Positions 19,638 to 29,782 are shown, numbered from the stretch's first letter. The stretch is DNA of 64,000 nt from Candidatus Omnitrophota bacterium (GCA_030650425.1 JAUSED010000008.1:132554-196553), one strand, 5' to 3'. Notes: generated by a model not told the origin, from the letters alone. Numbers and translations are program-made.

Positions 19638-20519
19638 TTGAATATTAAATTCATTACAAAGAGATTTTTATTCTGGATATTGCCGTATTTTCTTTATGTT
19701 TGGCTGCGGAAGATAAGTAAGCCTATTTTTAACCGGTCAAGGATACTGGCGCTGGTTAAGCCTAATAGCCGATTTAAAGATATTCACAAAGGAAAAAGAT
19801 GTTTTATTTTATGTAACGGTCCGTCTATAAACAAACAAAACTTACTCCTTTTAAAGGATGAAATTATTTTTAGTGTTTCAAGCGGGTATCATCACAAGGA
19901 TTACGCAGTTATCCGTCCAAAATATCATTGTGTTCCGCCGGTAACCTACGGCTTAATTACTAAGCGGGATGTATCCGATTGGTTTAAGGAGATGGATTCA
20001 AAAGTTGGTGATGCTGAGATATTTCTAAATTATTCTGAAGAGCAATTGATTAAGAGCCGTAATTTGTTTCAGGGAAGATCGTTAAATTATTTTTTTATGA
20101 ATAATTCATTTAGAGATTATTCAGTAGAAGCCATAGATATTAGTAAAGAAATTCCTTCTGTTCAATCCGTGTCTATTATGTGTTTGATAATCGCAGTATA
20201 TATGGGCTTTGAACAAATTTACCTTCTAGGTGTTGAGCATGATTCTTTTAAAACAAAAGAATACAAGTATTTCTATAAACCTACAGTACTAAAAAATAAA
20301 GATTTCATGGTGGTTAAGAATGATGATTTATTTCTAAAGCAGGAAGAGTTATTTTCATATGCAGTTCTTTGGTCTCAATATCGCAAGATAAAAGAAATTG
20401 CAATTAAGAATAGTATTTCTATTTACAATGCTTCTTTAGGAGGCGCATTGGATATCTTCGAGAGGGTTAGCTTTGAAGAAGTAGCAAGTTCAGGAAAAAA
20501 TAATGAGAATAAAGGATAA
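19638..20519 (+). CDS. Hypothetical protein, possibly DUF115/Maf-like (motility-associated-factor-type nonulosonate transferase family)
   Basis: TTG start. CFILCNGPSI motif resembles the conserved GPSL region of the DUF115/Maf family. Sits directly next to the CMP-nonulosonate genes. Confidence 0.35.
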   Translation: MNIKFITKRFLFWILPYFLYVWLRKISKPIFNRSRILALVKPNSRFKDIHKGKRCFILCNGPSINKQNLLLLKDEIIFSVSSGYHHKDYAVIRPKYHCVPPVTYGLITKRDVSDWFKEMDSKVGDAEIFLNYSEEQLIKSRNLFQGRSLNYFFMNNSFRDYSVEAIDISKEIPSVQSVSIMCLIIAVYMGFEQIYLLGVEHDSFKTKEYKYFYKPTVLKNKDFMVVKNDDLFLKQEELFSYAVLWSQYRKIKEIAIKNSISIYNASLGGALDIFERVSFEEVASSGKNNENKG

Positions 20520-21324
20520 TTTAAAAAACCTATTGTTAGAAATTCTACCGCCTTTTGCGCTAAAACTTACCTATTTGTTTGGCCTCAAAAGTTATATCTG
20601 GTGCGGTAACTTTAATAATTGGCAGGATGCAAAGAGTAAGTCTGCGGGGTATGACGATAGTGTTATCCTGGAGAAGGTAAAGAACGCTGCTTTACGCGTT
20701 AAGAATGGAGAAGCCGTTTATGAGAGAGATTCCGTTATATTAGAGAAAATTGAATATTCATGGCCTTTAGTCGCAGCCCTTATGTTTGCCAGTGCTAATA
20801 AAGGAGGAAAACTTGATATTGTCGACTATGGAGGGTCATTGGGGAGTGTATATTTCCAAGTAAGAAAATTCTTAGTGAACTTAAGAATAAAATGGGGCAT
20901 AGTAGAGCAGGAAAATTTTGTTGAATGCGGAAGAAAAAACTTTGAAGATGAAAGGTTAAAATTTTACTATTCTTTAGATGAGTGCCTGAAGCACCAGGAT
21001 GCCGATCTCGCGTTATTATCTGGTGTTTTACAGTGTGTTGAAAGGCCTTATGAATTACTGGAAGAGTTAATGGATAAGAACTTTAACTATCTTGTTTTTG
21101 ATCGTACGACATTTAATAAAATAGACAAAGATAGGTTATCTGTATTGAAGGTTAGCCCTAAAATTTACCCCGCTAGTTATCCTTGGTGGTTTTTGAATGA
21201 GCCTAAATTTAAAAAAATCTTAAGCAGGAAATATATTTTAACCGAAAGCTTCTTTAGTTTTGAGAATAGAGATGGACTCACGCCTGTGTTTAAGGGTTTT
21301 ATCTATAAATTAAAAAGTAAATAA
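20503..21324 (+). CDS. Putative methyltransferase (TIGR04325/LIC12133-like family)
   Basis: DIVDYGGSLGSVYFQ glycine-rich region. Family recalled as co-occurring with WbqC/PIG-L in nonulosonate loci. Low-certainty family call. Confidence 0.4.
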   Translation: MRIKDNLKNLLLEILPPFALKLTYLFGLKSYIWCGNFNNWQDAKSKSAGYDDSVILEKVKNAALRVKNGEAVYERDSVILEKIEYSWPLVAALMFASANKGGKLDIVDYGGSLGSVYFQVRKFLVNLRIKWGIVEQENFVECGRKNFEDERLKFYYSLDECLKHQDADLALLSGVLQCVERPYELLEELMDKNFNYLVFDRTTFNKIDKDRLSVLKVSPKIYPASYPWWFLNEPKFKKILSRKYILTESFFSFENRDGLTPVFKGFIYKLKSK

Positions 21325-21344
21325 TAAAATGGAGTATAATAATT

Positions 21345-21797
21345 ATGGAAAATAATTTAGAAAAGATAATTATTGGTGACAAGTTATTGGCAATTATTCT
21401 TAGGGCAGATTTTAAAAAGGATGGGATTGAGTTTTTTACTCCTGCTGATTATTCGCAGCAATTATCCTATATGAAGCGGCCTAAGGATTATGTTGTAAAA
21501 GCGCATATACATAACGTTGTGAAAAGAGAAATATTGTTTACACGGGAGACCATTTTTATTAAAAGCGGGAAGATCCGCGCTGACTTTTATTCTGATGATA
21601 AAAAATATGTTGAAAGCCGCATCTTGGATAAGGGAGACGTCTTGCTTCTGCTTGAAGGAGGCCATGGTTTTGAGTTTATTGAAGCCGGAGAAATAATTGA
21701 GGTAAAACAAGGCCCGTATTTTGAAAATATGGATATGGTTAGGTTTGAACCAGTTGTCAAAAGCAAATTAAAGGTAAAAGATGATTCTTGTAAATGA
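21345..21797 (+). CDS. Small cupin-fold protein (WxcM/FdtA-like sugar ketoisomerase-like)
   Basis: 150 aa with a His-rich beta-barrel motif (KAHIHNVVKRE...GGHGFEF), consistent with cupin sugar isomerases. Confidence 0.4.
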   Translation: MENNLEKIIIGDKLLAIILRADFKKDGIEFFTPADYSQQLSYMKRPKDYVVKAHIHNVVKREILFTRETIFIKSGKIRADFYSDDKKYVESRILDKGDVLLLLEGGHGFEFIEAGEIIEVKQGPYFENMDMVRFEPVVKSKLKVKDDSCK

Positions 21798-22911
21798 TTT
21801 ATTTTTAGAAGGAAATGAGAAGAAATATCTTGAGCAATGCATAAATACGGGTTGGATTTCTTCAGAAGGGCCTTTTGTGCGTAGATTCGAAGAGGAATTT
21901 GCTTCTTTTGTGGGTGTAAGACATGGTATTGCGGTTTGTAACGGTACCGCTGCTTTGGAAACTGCTCTTTTTGCTTTAGGGGTAAAAAATGGCGACGAGG
22001 TAATAATGCCGTCTTTTACTATTATTTCTTGCGCTATTGCCTGCATTCGTTTAGGCGTAAAGCCGGTATTGGTTGACATAGAGCCGGAAACATGGACTAT
22101 GGATGTATCCCAGATTGAGGCTAAAATCAGTCCTCGCACGAAGGTAATTATGCCGGTTCATATCTATGGCCATCCTGTAAATATGGATGGAATTTTTTCC
22201 TTGTCCGCTAAATATCATCTTAAAGTATTGGAAGATTTTGCAGAAGCCCAAGGCGCGGAGTACCATAGTGAATACTCAGGCGGTAAATGGCTTAAATGCG
22301 GGGCAATGAGCGATATTTCCGCTACAAGTTTCTACGCTAATAAAATTATTACTACCGGCGAAGGGGGGATGGTTTTAACAAATAATGATGAATCTGCCCG
22401 GAGAGCCAGATCTTACAGGAATCTTTGTTTTAAAGAAGAAAAGAGATTTCACCATACAGAGTTAGGTTATAATTTTCGCATGTCTAATTTACAGGCAGCA
22501 GTAGGCGTTGCCCAGTTGGAACAAATTGAAAGATTTATTAAGATTAAAGTTAAGCTCGCAGATTATTACCGGAATAAGCTCTCCCAAATTAAGGGGATAA
22601 GGTTTATGCCGGCTAAACCTTGCGCCAAGTCAATTTATTGGGTATACGCAGTGGAGTTAGACCCGAGGTTAAAAGTTGAAGCAGAAGTGGTAATGGCCAA
22701 GTTGAAGAAACATGGTGTAGGTACAAGGCCGTTTTTTAAAGGCCTGCATGCGCAACCCGCCTTAAATGATTTGAGCCTATTCGTTAATGAAAAGTATCCT
22801 TGTACGGATTTTGCGGCTGATTATGGATTCTATTTGCCAAGTGGATTAAAACTTACGGAATCTCAGGTAGATATAGTAGTAGATACCTTAAAAAAGGAGT
22901 TAGCCGCTTAA
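21781..22911 (+). CDS. DegT/DnrJ/EryC1/StrS-family PLP-dependent sugar aminotransferase (PseC-like)
   Basis: GIAVCNGTAALETAL, SFYANKIITTGEGGMV (PLP-Lys region) and NFRMSNLQAAVG motifs. Confidence 0.85.
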   Translation: MILVNDLFLEGNEKKYLEQCINTGWISSEGPFVRRFEEEFASFVGVRHGIAVCNGTAALETALFALGVKNGDEVIMPSFTIISCAIACIRLGVKPVLVDIEPETWTMDVSQIEAKISPRTKVIMPVHIYGHPVNMDGIFSLSAKYHLKVLEDFAEAQGAEYHSEYSGGKWLKCGAMSDISATSFYANKIITTGEGGMVLTNNDESARRARSYRNLCFKEEKRFHHTELGYNFRMSNLQAAVGVAQLEQIERFIKIKVKLADYYRNKLSQIKGIRFMPAKPCAKSIYWVYAVELDPRLKVEAEVVMAKLKKHGVGTRPFFKGLHAQPALNDLSLFVNEKYPCTDFAADYGFYLPSGLKLTESQVDIVVDTLKKELAA

Positions 22912-22912
22912 A

Positions 22913-24121
22913 ATGAATATAGCTGTTATTATTGACGACACTATCCTAGAAGGTGGCGCATTTCAGTATTCTTTATCCCAGGCTTTATTATTAGAGAAAA
23001 ATAAAGACAAGAATTATAATTTTATTTTTTTTACAAGAATAAAACAAAACGTAAAGATTCTGGCTGGATATGATATCAAGTCTTTTTATTTAAATTGGTC
23101 GAATCTAGACGAATTCTTGAGCCAGATTGGAAGAAACCTGTTGATCAGCGGAATCTTTAGAAAATTAAGAATCAGTATAGATAATAAATTTGACCGCATA
23201 TTAAGAAAACATTCCATAGATTTAATTTATTTTCTTTCTCCTTCCGGATTATCTTTGGCTACAGAAATGTTAAATTATATTTTTACGGTTTGGGACTTGA
23301 ATTTTTTGGATTCGATGGAGTTTCCGGAAGTTTATGCAAAAAGGGAATTTGAAAGAAGAGAGAGGTTATATCAAACGGCAATCCGCAAGGCTGTGGGGGT
23401 AGTTACTGATTCACCAGCTACCCGGAAAAAAATTATAGAGATTTATCATATTGATAAAAATAGGATTATTCTTTTGCCATTCCTGCCTTCAAATTCCGTA
23501 GGTATTTTAGAAGAAGAATATCTACGGAATTATGTAGATATAAAGAAAAAATATAATATTAAAGGTGATTACATATATTATCCCGCTCAATTTTGGCCGC
23601 ATAAGAATCATCTATATATACTTGAAGGGTTAAAAATACTGAAAGAAAAATATAAATTGAAGATAAACGCTATTTTTTCAGGTTCGGACAAGGGTAATCT
23701 TAAATTTGTTTTAAATAGAGCAATGGATTTAGGGATTGATGGCCAGATTTTCTATATTGGTTTTGTAGGGGATAGAGAATTACCGTATCTTTATAAGCAG
23801 GCATTGGCTTTAGTTATGCCTACTTATTTTGGACCGACTAATATCCCTCCCCTGGAAGCTTTTACAATGGGGTGTCCAGTTTTGTATTCTGATTTACCGG
23901 AGTTACGTGCCCAGGTAAAAGATGCTGCTTTACTGCTCGATCTTAAAAATCCTAATACAATGTGTCAGGGTTTATTGAAAATTATTGATAAATTACCCGA
24001 AATTAGCGCGCTTAAAGAAAACGGCAAAAGAAAAGTAGAAGCTTTCATAGAAGAAAATTATTTAGATTTATTAAAGAACCTTTTTGACGATTATTCATTA
24101 AGGCTAAAAACTTGGAAATAA
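22913..24121 (+). CDS. Family 4 glycosyltransferase
   Basis: C-terminal PLEAFTMGCPVLYSDLPELRAQVKDAALL GT-B donor-binding motif. Confidence 0.75.
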   Translation: MNIAVIIDDTILEGGAFQYSLSQALLLEKNKDKNYNFIFFTRIKQNVKILAGYDIKSFYLNWSNLDEFLSQIGRNLLISGIFRKLRISIDNKFDRILRKHSIDLIYFLSPSGLSLATEMLNYIFTVWDLNFLDSMEFPEVYAKREFERRERLYQTAIRKAVGVVTDSPATRKKIIEIYHIDKNRIILLPFLPSNSVGILEEEYLRNYVDIKKKYNIKGDYIYYPAQFWPHKNHLYILEGLKILKEKYKLKINAIFSGSDKGNLKFVLNRAMDLGIDGQIFYIGFVGDRELPYLYKQALALVMPTYFGPTNIPPLEAFTMGCPVLYSDLPELRAQVKDAALLLDLKNPNTMCQGLLKIIDKLPEISALKENGKRKVEAFIEENYLDLLKNLFDDYSLRLKTWK

Positions 24122-24252
24122 TTTTTAAGAAATTTCATATAAAATTAAATTTAAAAATATGGATACTTACATTAAAAATAAGCTCAAAGGGCAGATGAAC
24201 AAATACCTGTAATATTTTAATAAACCTGAATGCTGGGTAAGGATATTGTATA

Positions 24253-25347
24253 ATGCGTTACTTGGATATAATCAAAAGATTCGCTAAGAGAAAGTTTAGT
24301 ACGCAGCGGTTATTAATATTTAGTGATATTTTTTCATTCTTGGAGAAAACGGCTTGTCACTATAATGGACGCGGGATCTTAAGTCAAATGCGTAGTATAG
24401 TTAATCTGCGGCCTCTCATATTAGACTTACAAACATGCTCAGTATGTAATGCCAGATGTGTCTTTTGTGCTCGGCAGAAGCTTCCTCAAGCCAAAGAATT
24501 GATGTCGATAGATCTTTTTAAACGGATTTGTTTTGAATATGCGGCTATGGGTGGCGGTTATTTAGGTTTTTCTCCCTTACTAGCCGATCCATTGCTTGAT
24601 CCGTTATTGCTGGAACGTATTGAAATTGCTAAGAAGAACTTTTCAAAAATATCCATGTATTTGTTTACTAATGGTATTGCGTTGCCAAATTTTTCTGATG
24701 ACCAACTTATCGAGGTTATCACCAGATTAAAACTTATCAATATCAGTCTTGGCGGTCTTACGAGGGATGAATATAAAGTTATGATGGGCGTAGACCAATT
24801 TAAAACAGTCTGGGGATCTTTAGAGCGTTTGAGTAGGATCAATCAAAAGCTTGGAGGCGTATGTAAACTTATCTTGCATATACGCACTCATCGAAGGCAG
24901 GAAACGATAAATTCTCCAGCCTTGGCCAAGTTAGAAGAATTAGGCTATGATTGCAGCGATATTATGGATGCGTTTTCAGATTGGGATGGATTAGTAACGG
25001 AAAACGATTTACCCAAGGGTGCGGCCATGATAAAAAGGAACAATACCAGATGCAAAGTCCCTTGTTTAATTCCTATGTCGCATATGATGATAATGCCAGA
25101 TGGCCGTATTCTTGCGTGTGGGTGTATTGACGCGAAAGAGTCAACTCGCGTAGGGCACCTTGATCATTCAACGCTGCTGGAAATTTGGCGGGGATCCGGA
25201 CTCAAGGCTTTTCGTGATAGTTTTATCTATGGCAATCTTTACAGCGTGTGCTGGTCTTGCAGGTATTATAAGAATTATGAAATCGTGTTTTCACGAACTG
25301 GCTTTAGGAATTTTAACCCATCTCAAAATTTATGGGAATGTGTTTGA
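24253..25347 (+). CDS. Radical SAM enzyme with SPASM/twitch-like C-terminal Cys cluster
   Basis: CSVCNARCVFC contains CxxxCxxC. C-terminal Cys-rich region (CKVPC...ACGCID...CWSCRYY). Preceded by a 131-bp AT-rich gap, the largest in the locus. Confidence 0.7.
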   Translation: MRYLDIIKRFAKRKFSTQRLLIFSDIFSFLEKTACHYNGRGILSQMRSIVNLRPLILDLQTCSVCNARCVFCARQKLPQAKELMSIDLFKRICFEYAAMGGGYLGFSPLLADPLLDPLLLERIEIAKKNFSKISMYLFTNGIALPNFSDDQLIEVITRLKLINISLGGLTRDEYKVMMGVDQFKTVWGSLERLSRINQKLGGVCKLILHIRTHRRQETINSPALAKLEELGYDCSDIMDAFSDWDGLVTENDLPKGAAMIKRNNTRCKVPCLIPMSHMMIMPDGRILACGCIDAKESTRVGHLDHSTLLEIWRGSGLKAFRDSFIYGNLYSVCWSCRYYKNYEIVFSRTGFRNFNPSQNLWECV

Positions 25348-26156
25348 CGATGAATAATGATTGTTTTAAGAGTATATCTCAAATAAAAATTTTAGGGATA
25401 CGCGTTGATGCTGTCCAAACTCCATATATCATTCAATATATGGAAGATTGTATCGCCAAAAATACCGGTCATAATTATATTGTTGTCGCTAATGTTGATA
25501 CTATAATGCAAAGTAAGCGCAATCCCAAGATGCAGGAGGCGGTTAATGCCAGCAGTTTATCAATCCCGGATGGGTTCCCTTTATTAGTTATGCAAAGACT
25601 GTACGGAAATCCATTAGGAAGAAGAGCATACGGCCCGGATTTAATGAAAGAATTTCTGAAGATGGCTGAAAAAAAAGAATATTCGCATTTTTTCTATGGT
25701 GCCACGGAGGCCACGCTATCTAAATTAATCAAGAATTTGAAAGCTTTATTTCCTAAGATATTAATAGCAGGCGTGTATTCGCCGCCTTTTAGGCCGCTTA
25801 CTCAGGAGGAAGACGACAGGATTATTGAAATGATCAATAAAGCTGTCCCTAGCGTATTATGGGTTGGCATAGGTTGTCCCAAGCAAGAATTGTGGATGTA
25901 TAGTCATAGGGAAAAACTCAATATTCCTGTTATGGTAGGGGTAGGCGCTGCCTTTGATTTCTTTGCCGGGATAAAACCTCAGGCGCCGCGATGGGTGCGG
26001 AATAATGGTTTTGAGTGGTTGTTTAGGCTTATTACTGAACCTAAGCGCCTATGGCGCAGGTATTTAGTCAATGGTAGTTTATTTATTTATTATGCCGGTA
26101 TAGAGGTTCTTGTCAAAAAATTCCATCCTACGAAGCATCCTTCCAGAATTGATTAA
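25332..26156 (+). CDS. WecB/TagA/CpsF-family glycosyltransferase (GT26)
   Basis: ILGIRVDAV...YIVVANVDTIM...IPDGFPLL, typical of GT26 N-acetylmannosaminyl/ManNAcA transferases. The start may be an internal Met (MNNDCF). Confidence 0.75.
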   Translation: MGMCLTMNNDCFKSISQIKILGIRVDAVQTPYIIQYMEDCIAKNTGHNYIVVANVDTIMQSKRNPKMQEAVNASSLSIPDGFPLLVMQRLYGNPLGRRAYGPDLMKEFLKMAEKKEYSHFFYGATEATLSKLIKNLKALFPKILIAGVYSPPFRPLTQEEDDRIIEMINKAVPSVLWVGIGCPKQELWMYSHREKLNIPVMVGVGAAFDFFAGIKPQAPRWVRNNGFEWLFRLITEPKRLWRRYLVNGSLFIYYAGIEVLVKKFHPTKHPSRID

Positions 26157-26199
26157 TTCCCTTGTCAAATAGTCTATTTTTATGTTAAAATAAAAACTT

Positions 26200-27603
26200 A
26201 TGCATACTAGACATAAGCGCGTACAAGTAGCCTATTTTATCGCGGATATTCTGCTTATCGGGTTTTCATTCTATCTCCCCCGTCTTTTTAATCCTCATTT
26301 GATTCTCGCAAGCGGCGTTGAGCTAAGATTAAATCTGATAACTTTTTCTTTCTGGGGAATCACGCTGGTCTTTATTTTAAACAACCATCAACTCTACATC
26401 ACTGATCGGCATATAGGCATAATCCGGGAGTTTTTTAAGGTAGTCCGCTGCGTTTTCTATTCGTCAATACTGGCAGGGCTGTTTCTTTTCCTGACGAAAA
26501 TAGATATTTTTTCTAGGGTAGTTTTCTTAGAGGCAACAATTCTCTTAGCTATTCAACTTTCCGGGTGGCGTGTCTTAAAAAGGATCTATGTAAGGCATCT
26601 GATTAGAAGCGGCTACGCGAACTATAATGTTTTGATTGTAGGGGTCAATAAACAGTCGTTTTTTCTTATCGAGGAGATTAAAAATAATCCTTACTTAGGT
26701 TTAAGGGTTATCGGACTGCTGGATGGCGATAAAGAGATCAACGGATTGGAAGAGGAGAAGTTGCGTATCCTCGGTAAGATTGAAGATTTAGAAAGGATCG
26801 TCAAGAAAAATTTTATTGACGAGATATATATTACGGATATCTCCCGGAGGAATTTGGTGGCGGAAATAATCAAAAAAGCGGAGAAGTTAGGCAAGACAGT
26901 CAGGGTGCTTGCCGAAGATTTTGATATACCGCCTAAAACGATAAGTGTTAATTATATCGGCATACTGCCGTTAATTACATATTATGAAAGTTTGAAGCAC
27001 GGCGCGGATAGCGGTATAAAGAGATGCTTGGATATGATAGTAAGCGCTAGCGCGTTAATTTTATTATTCCCCCTATTTGTAATTATCGCTATTTTAGTTA
27101 AATTGGATAGCCCAGGGCCTGTCTTTTATATTTCAAGGCGTTCCGGTAAGAAAGGCAGGGCCTTTAATTTTTATAAATTCCGCTCGATGGTTAAAAATGC
27201 CGAAAAGCAACGTGAGGCCTTGAGTGAACAATCAGAAGTAAAAGGCCCGATATTTAAAATGAGGCATGACCCGCGGCTAACCAGGATGGGAAAGATTTTG
27301 AGAAAATATAGCTTGGATGAATTACCGCAGTTATTTAATGTTTTGAAGGGAGATATGAGCTTGGTTGGGCCAAGGCCGTTTCCTGTAGAGGAGAGCGATA
27401 GAATAGAGTATGGGCATATACCGAGGTTAAATATAAGGCCGGGGATAACAGGTTTAGCCCAAGTAAAAGGCAGGTCTAATTTGAAATTCAATCAATGGAT
27501 GCGCTGGGATAGCTGGTATGTGGAGAATTGGTCTTTAGGGTTGGATATAAAAGTCCTTTTATGGACAATCCCCGCAGTATTTAAGGGGAGAGGGGCGTAT
27601 TAG
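26200..27603 (+). CDS. Polyprenyl-phosphate glycosylphosphotransferase (WbaP/CpsE-type initiating sugar transferase)
   Basis: N-terminal TM helices and a C-terminal bacterial sugar transferase domain with DELPQLFNVLKGDMSLVGPRP. Confidence 0.9.
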   Translation: MHTRHKRVQVAYFIADILLIGFSFYLPRLFNPHLILASGVELRLNLITFSFWGITLVFILNNHQLYITDRHIGIIREFFKVVRCVFYSSILAGLFLFLTKIDIFSRVVFLEATILLAIQLSGWRVLKRIYVRHLIRSGYANYNVLIVGVNKQSFFLIEEIKNNPYLGLRVIGLLDGDKEINGLEEEKLRILGKIEDLERIVKKNFIDEIYITDISRRNLVAEIIKKAEKLGKTVRVLAEDFDIPPKTISVNYIGILPLITYYESLKHGADSGIKRCLDMIVSASALILLFPLFVIIAILVKLDSPGPVFYISRRSGKKGRAFNFYKFRSMVKNAEKQREALSEQSEVKGPIFKMRHDPRLTRMGKILRKYSLDELPQLFNVLKGDMSLVGPRPFPVEESDRIEYGHIPRLNIRPGITGLAQVKGRSNLKFNQWMRWDSWYVENWSLGLDIKVLLWTIPAVFKGRGAY

Positions 27604-28794
27604 TTGAAAGATAGAGTTTATAATTTATTCGTTGTTACCGGCGAGTATTCATTGTACGGCTTATTATTTTCTTTAGCCATATCTAACGGAATGGTTGAAT
27701 CTTTCGCAGGTTTGGCGCTTTTTGGTTTTGTCGGCCGTAAAATAATCAAGCCGGATTTAAAGTATCTTAAGTTTTGGCCGAATGCTTTCCTTCTCTTATT
27801 TTTATTTTTTAGCGCGCTTTCTCTTTTTAATAGCGGCGCTTATTTTAATAAAAGCCTGCACGCCCTCTTTGGAAAATGGATGCAATATCTGGGGATTTAC
27901 ATTATCGTTCAGGACACTGCGCGCGATCGAAGAATATCCGAGTGGGGTATGTCGGTGTTTCTATTTGGCGCGTCTTTGGCAGTGCTTTCAGGATTAAGCC
28001 AGTATTTTTTTAATATTGAGTTTTTACGGCATAATTGTATATCCATGACGACTAAAGGTACGCGCGCCATTGTGTCTACATTTGCTCATTATAATGGTTT
28101 CGGCGGCTATATAGTGGTTGTTTTATCTTTCTTACTTGCCTCACTATTAGTGCCTAAAATGCCTAAGATTAAAACTTACAGCATATTAACTTTGATTATT
28201 CTTTCAATAGCTGCGGTTTTGCTTACTTTTTCCCGTGGGAGTTGGATAGCCTTGGCTGTTTCTTTTATTTTATTATCTATTTTTTCACGAAGAAATCTAA
28301 AATGGCTTGCTCCAATTTTTCTAGTGACTATTGTCCTGTTTTTTTTACCAATATTTCATGAAAGGCTGATTTTTACTTTTAAGGAAGGTGGAGATGCCGA
28401 TAGGTATAGATATTGGCTGACAGCATGGAAGATGATTAGCGAACATCCTTTTCTTGGCATGGGGCTAGGTACTTTTATGGGGAATTTTTCGAAGTATTCT
28501 GTGCTCCTTTTATCTCCTGCATATGCGCATAACTGTTATCTTCAGATTTGGGCAGAAACCGGAATTTTTAGTTTAATCAGTTTTCTGGTGTTTGTTTTTT
28601 CGATTGTTTATCTGGGGGTTAAGAAGTTTATTGTTACAAAAGATTTTTTATTGCTTGGGTTGCTTGCCGGGGTAATCGGTTTTTTGGTGCATAGTTTCTT
28701 CGAGACTAATTTATATTCATTGCGGCTGGCTATTTTATTTTGGGTTTGGGTAGGTCTGATTTCGGCGCGTATCATTCAAAGAGAGAAAGGTTAA
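27604..28794 (+). CDS. Wzy_C-family membrane protein (O-antigen ligase/polymerase-like), second copy
   Basis: TTG start. YAHNCYLQIWAETGIFSLISFLVF Wzy_C signature. About 10-12 TM helices. Confidence 0.7.
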   Translation: MKDRVYNLFVVTGEYSLYGLLFSLAISNGMVESFAGLALFGFVGRKIIKPDLKYLKFWPNAFLLLFLFFSALSLFNSGAYFNKSLHALFGKWMQYLGIYIIVQDTARDRRISEWGMSVFLFGASLAVLSGLSQYFFNIEFLRHNCISMTTKGTRAIVSTFAHYNGFGGYIVVVLSFLLASLLVPKMPKIKTYSILTLIILSIAAVLLTFSRGSWIALAVSFILLSIFSRRNLKWLAPIFLVTIVLFFLPIFHERLIFTFKEGGDADRYRYWLTAWKMISEHPFLGMGLGTFMGNFSKYSVLLLSPAYAHNCYLQIWAETGIFSLISFLVFVFSIVYLGVKKFIVTKDFLLLGLLAGVIGFLVHSFFETNLYSLRLAILFWVWVGLISARIIQREKG

Positions 28795-28795
28795 C

Positions 28796-29782
28796 ATGAA
28801 GATTAACAATAGGTTATCGATAGTAGTGCCTGTTTATAATGAGGGAAGTAACATTAAGCCATTTGTCGACAGGTTAGTTACAGTCATCCGGGATTTGGGT
28901 TGTGATTATGAGATTATTTTTGCTTTAGACCCAAGCACTGATAATACTGAACAGATTATTCTAGATTTACGTAAAAATGATCCTGCGATAAAGCTCTTGA
29001 AGATGTCCCGTAGATTTGGCCAGCCAGCTTGTACTATGGCGGGTATCAATTATGCCGTAGGTGATGCCTGCATAGTTATTGATGCTGACCTGCAAGATCC
29101 TCCGGAACTGATTAAAGATATGGTGAAGAAATGGAAGGAAGGATACCATGTGGTTTACGCCCAAAGGATAAGCCGAAAAGGCGAGACTTTAATAAAAAAA
29201 ATTGTTTCTTATCTTGGGTATCGTTTGATTAATAGAATAGCGGATGTTAAGATCCCCTCCAATGCCGGAGATTTCCGTTTAATGAGCAAGCAGGTAGTTA
29301 AACATTTAAAACAACTCAAAGAACATGACGGGTTCTTGCGCGGATTGGTGGCATATGTAGGATTCAGCCAAATCGGCATACCTTATCATCGCGATAAGCG
29401 GTTCGCGGGGAGGGGTAATTATAACAGGCTTCTCGGTTCTTTACGTATAGGCCTAAACGGCGTTTTTGGTTTTTCTAAATATCCGTTGCACTTAATATCC
29501 ATCTTAGGCGTAGTAGTTTCTACTTTTAGTTTTTTACTTGGGATGACATACCTTTTCTTAAAGCTGTTGAATTTTGACATCAAATGGGGCAATCCTACAT
29601 TGGTCATTCTTATTTCTTTCTTAAGCGGGATACAACTATTGAGCCTTGGTGTGGTGGGACAGTATTTTGCCCGGATCTATGATGAAATTAAGGCCCGCCC
29701 GGGTTTTATTGTGCAGGAGGAATATGGGTTTGAAAAAGAAAGTCCGGCCGGGCAGCCTAAAAGGGAATTGGTCAATGAATGA
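28796..29782 (+). CDS. Polyprenol-phosphate glycosyltransferase-like GT2 (GtrB-like) with C-terminal TM helices
   Basis: LSIVVPVYNEGSNI...FALDPSTDNTEQI, VIDADLQDPP, and two C-terminal hydrophobic segments. Confidence 0.8.
   Translation: MKINNRLSIVVPVYNEGSNIKPFVDRLVTVIRDLGCDYEIIFALDPSTDNTEQIILDLRKNDPAIKLLKMSRRFGQPACTMAGINYAVGDACIVIDADLQDPPELIKDMVKKWKEGYHVVYAQRISRKGETLIKKIVSYLGYRLINRIADVKIPSNAGDFRLMSKQVVKHLKQLKEHDGFLRGLVAYVGFSQIGIPYHRDKRFAGRGNYNRLLGSLRIGLNGVFGFSKYPLHLISILGVVVSTFSFLLGMTYLFLKLLNFDIKWGNPTLVILISFLSGIQLLSLGVVGQYFARIYDEIKARPGFIVQEEYGFEKESPAGQPKRELVNE

Noticed and set aside
24238..24255. TTGTATAATG motif just upstream of the radical-SAM gene at 24253
   Set aside because: The TATAAT hexamer overlaps the ATG itself, so it cannot serve as the -10 for this start codon. 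Any real promoter would lie further upstream in the AT-rich gap.
25160..25357. 65-aa ORF overlapping the 3' end of the radical-SAM gene and the start of the GT26 gene
   Set aside because: Alternative frame of two confidently called genes with no RBS. Not a plausible overlapping gene.
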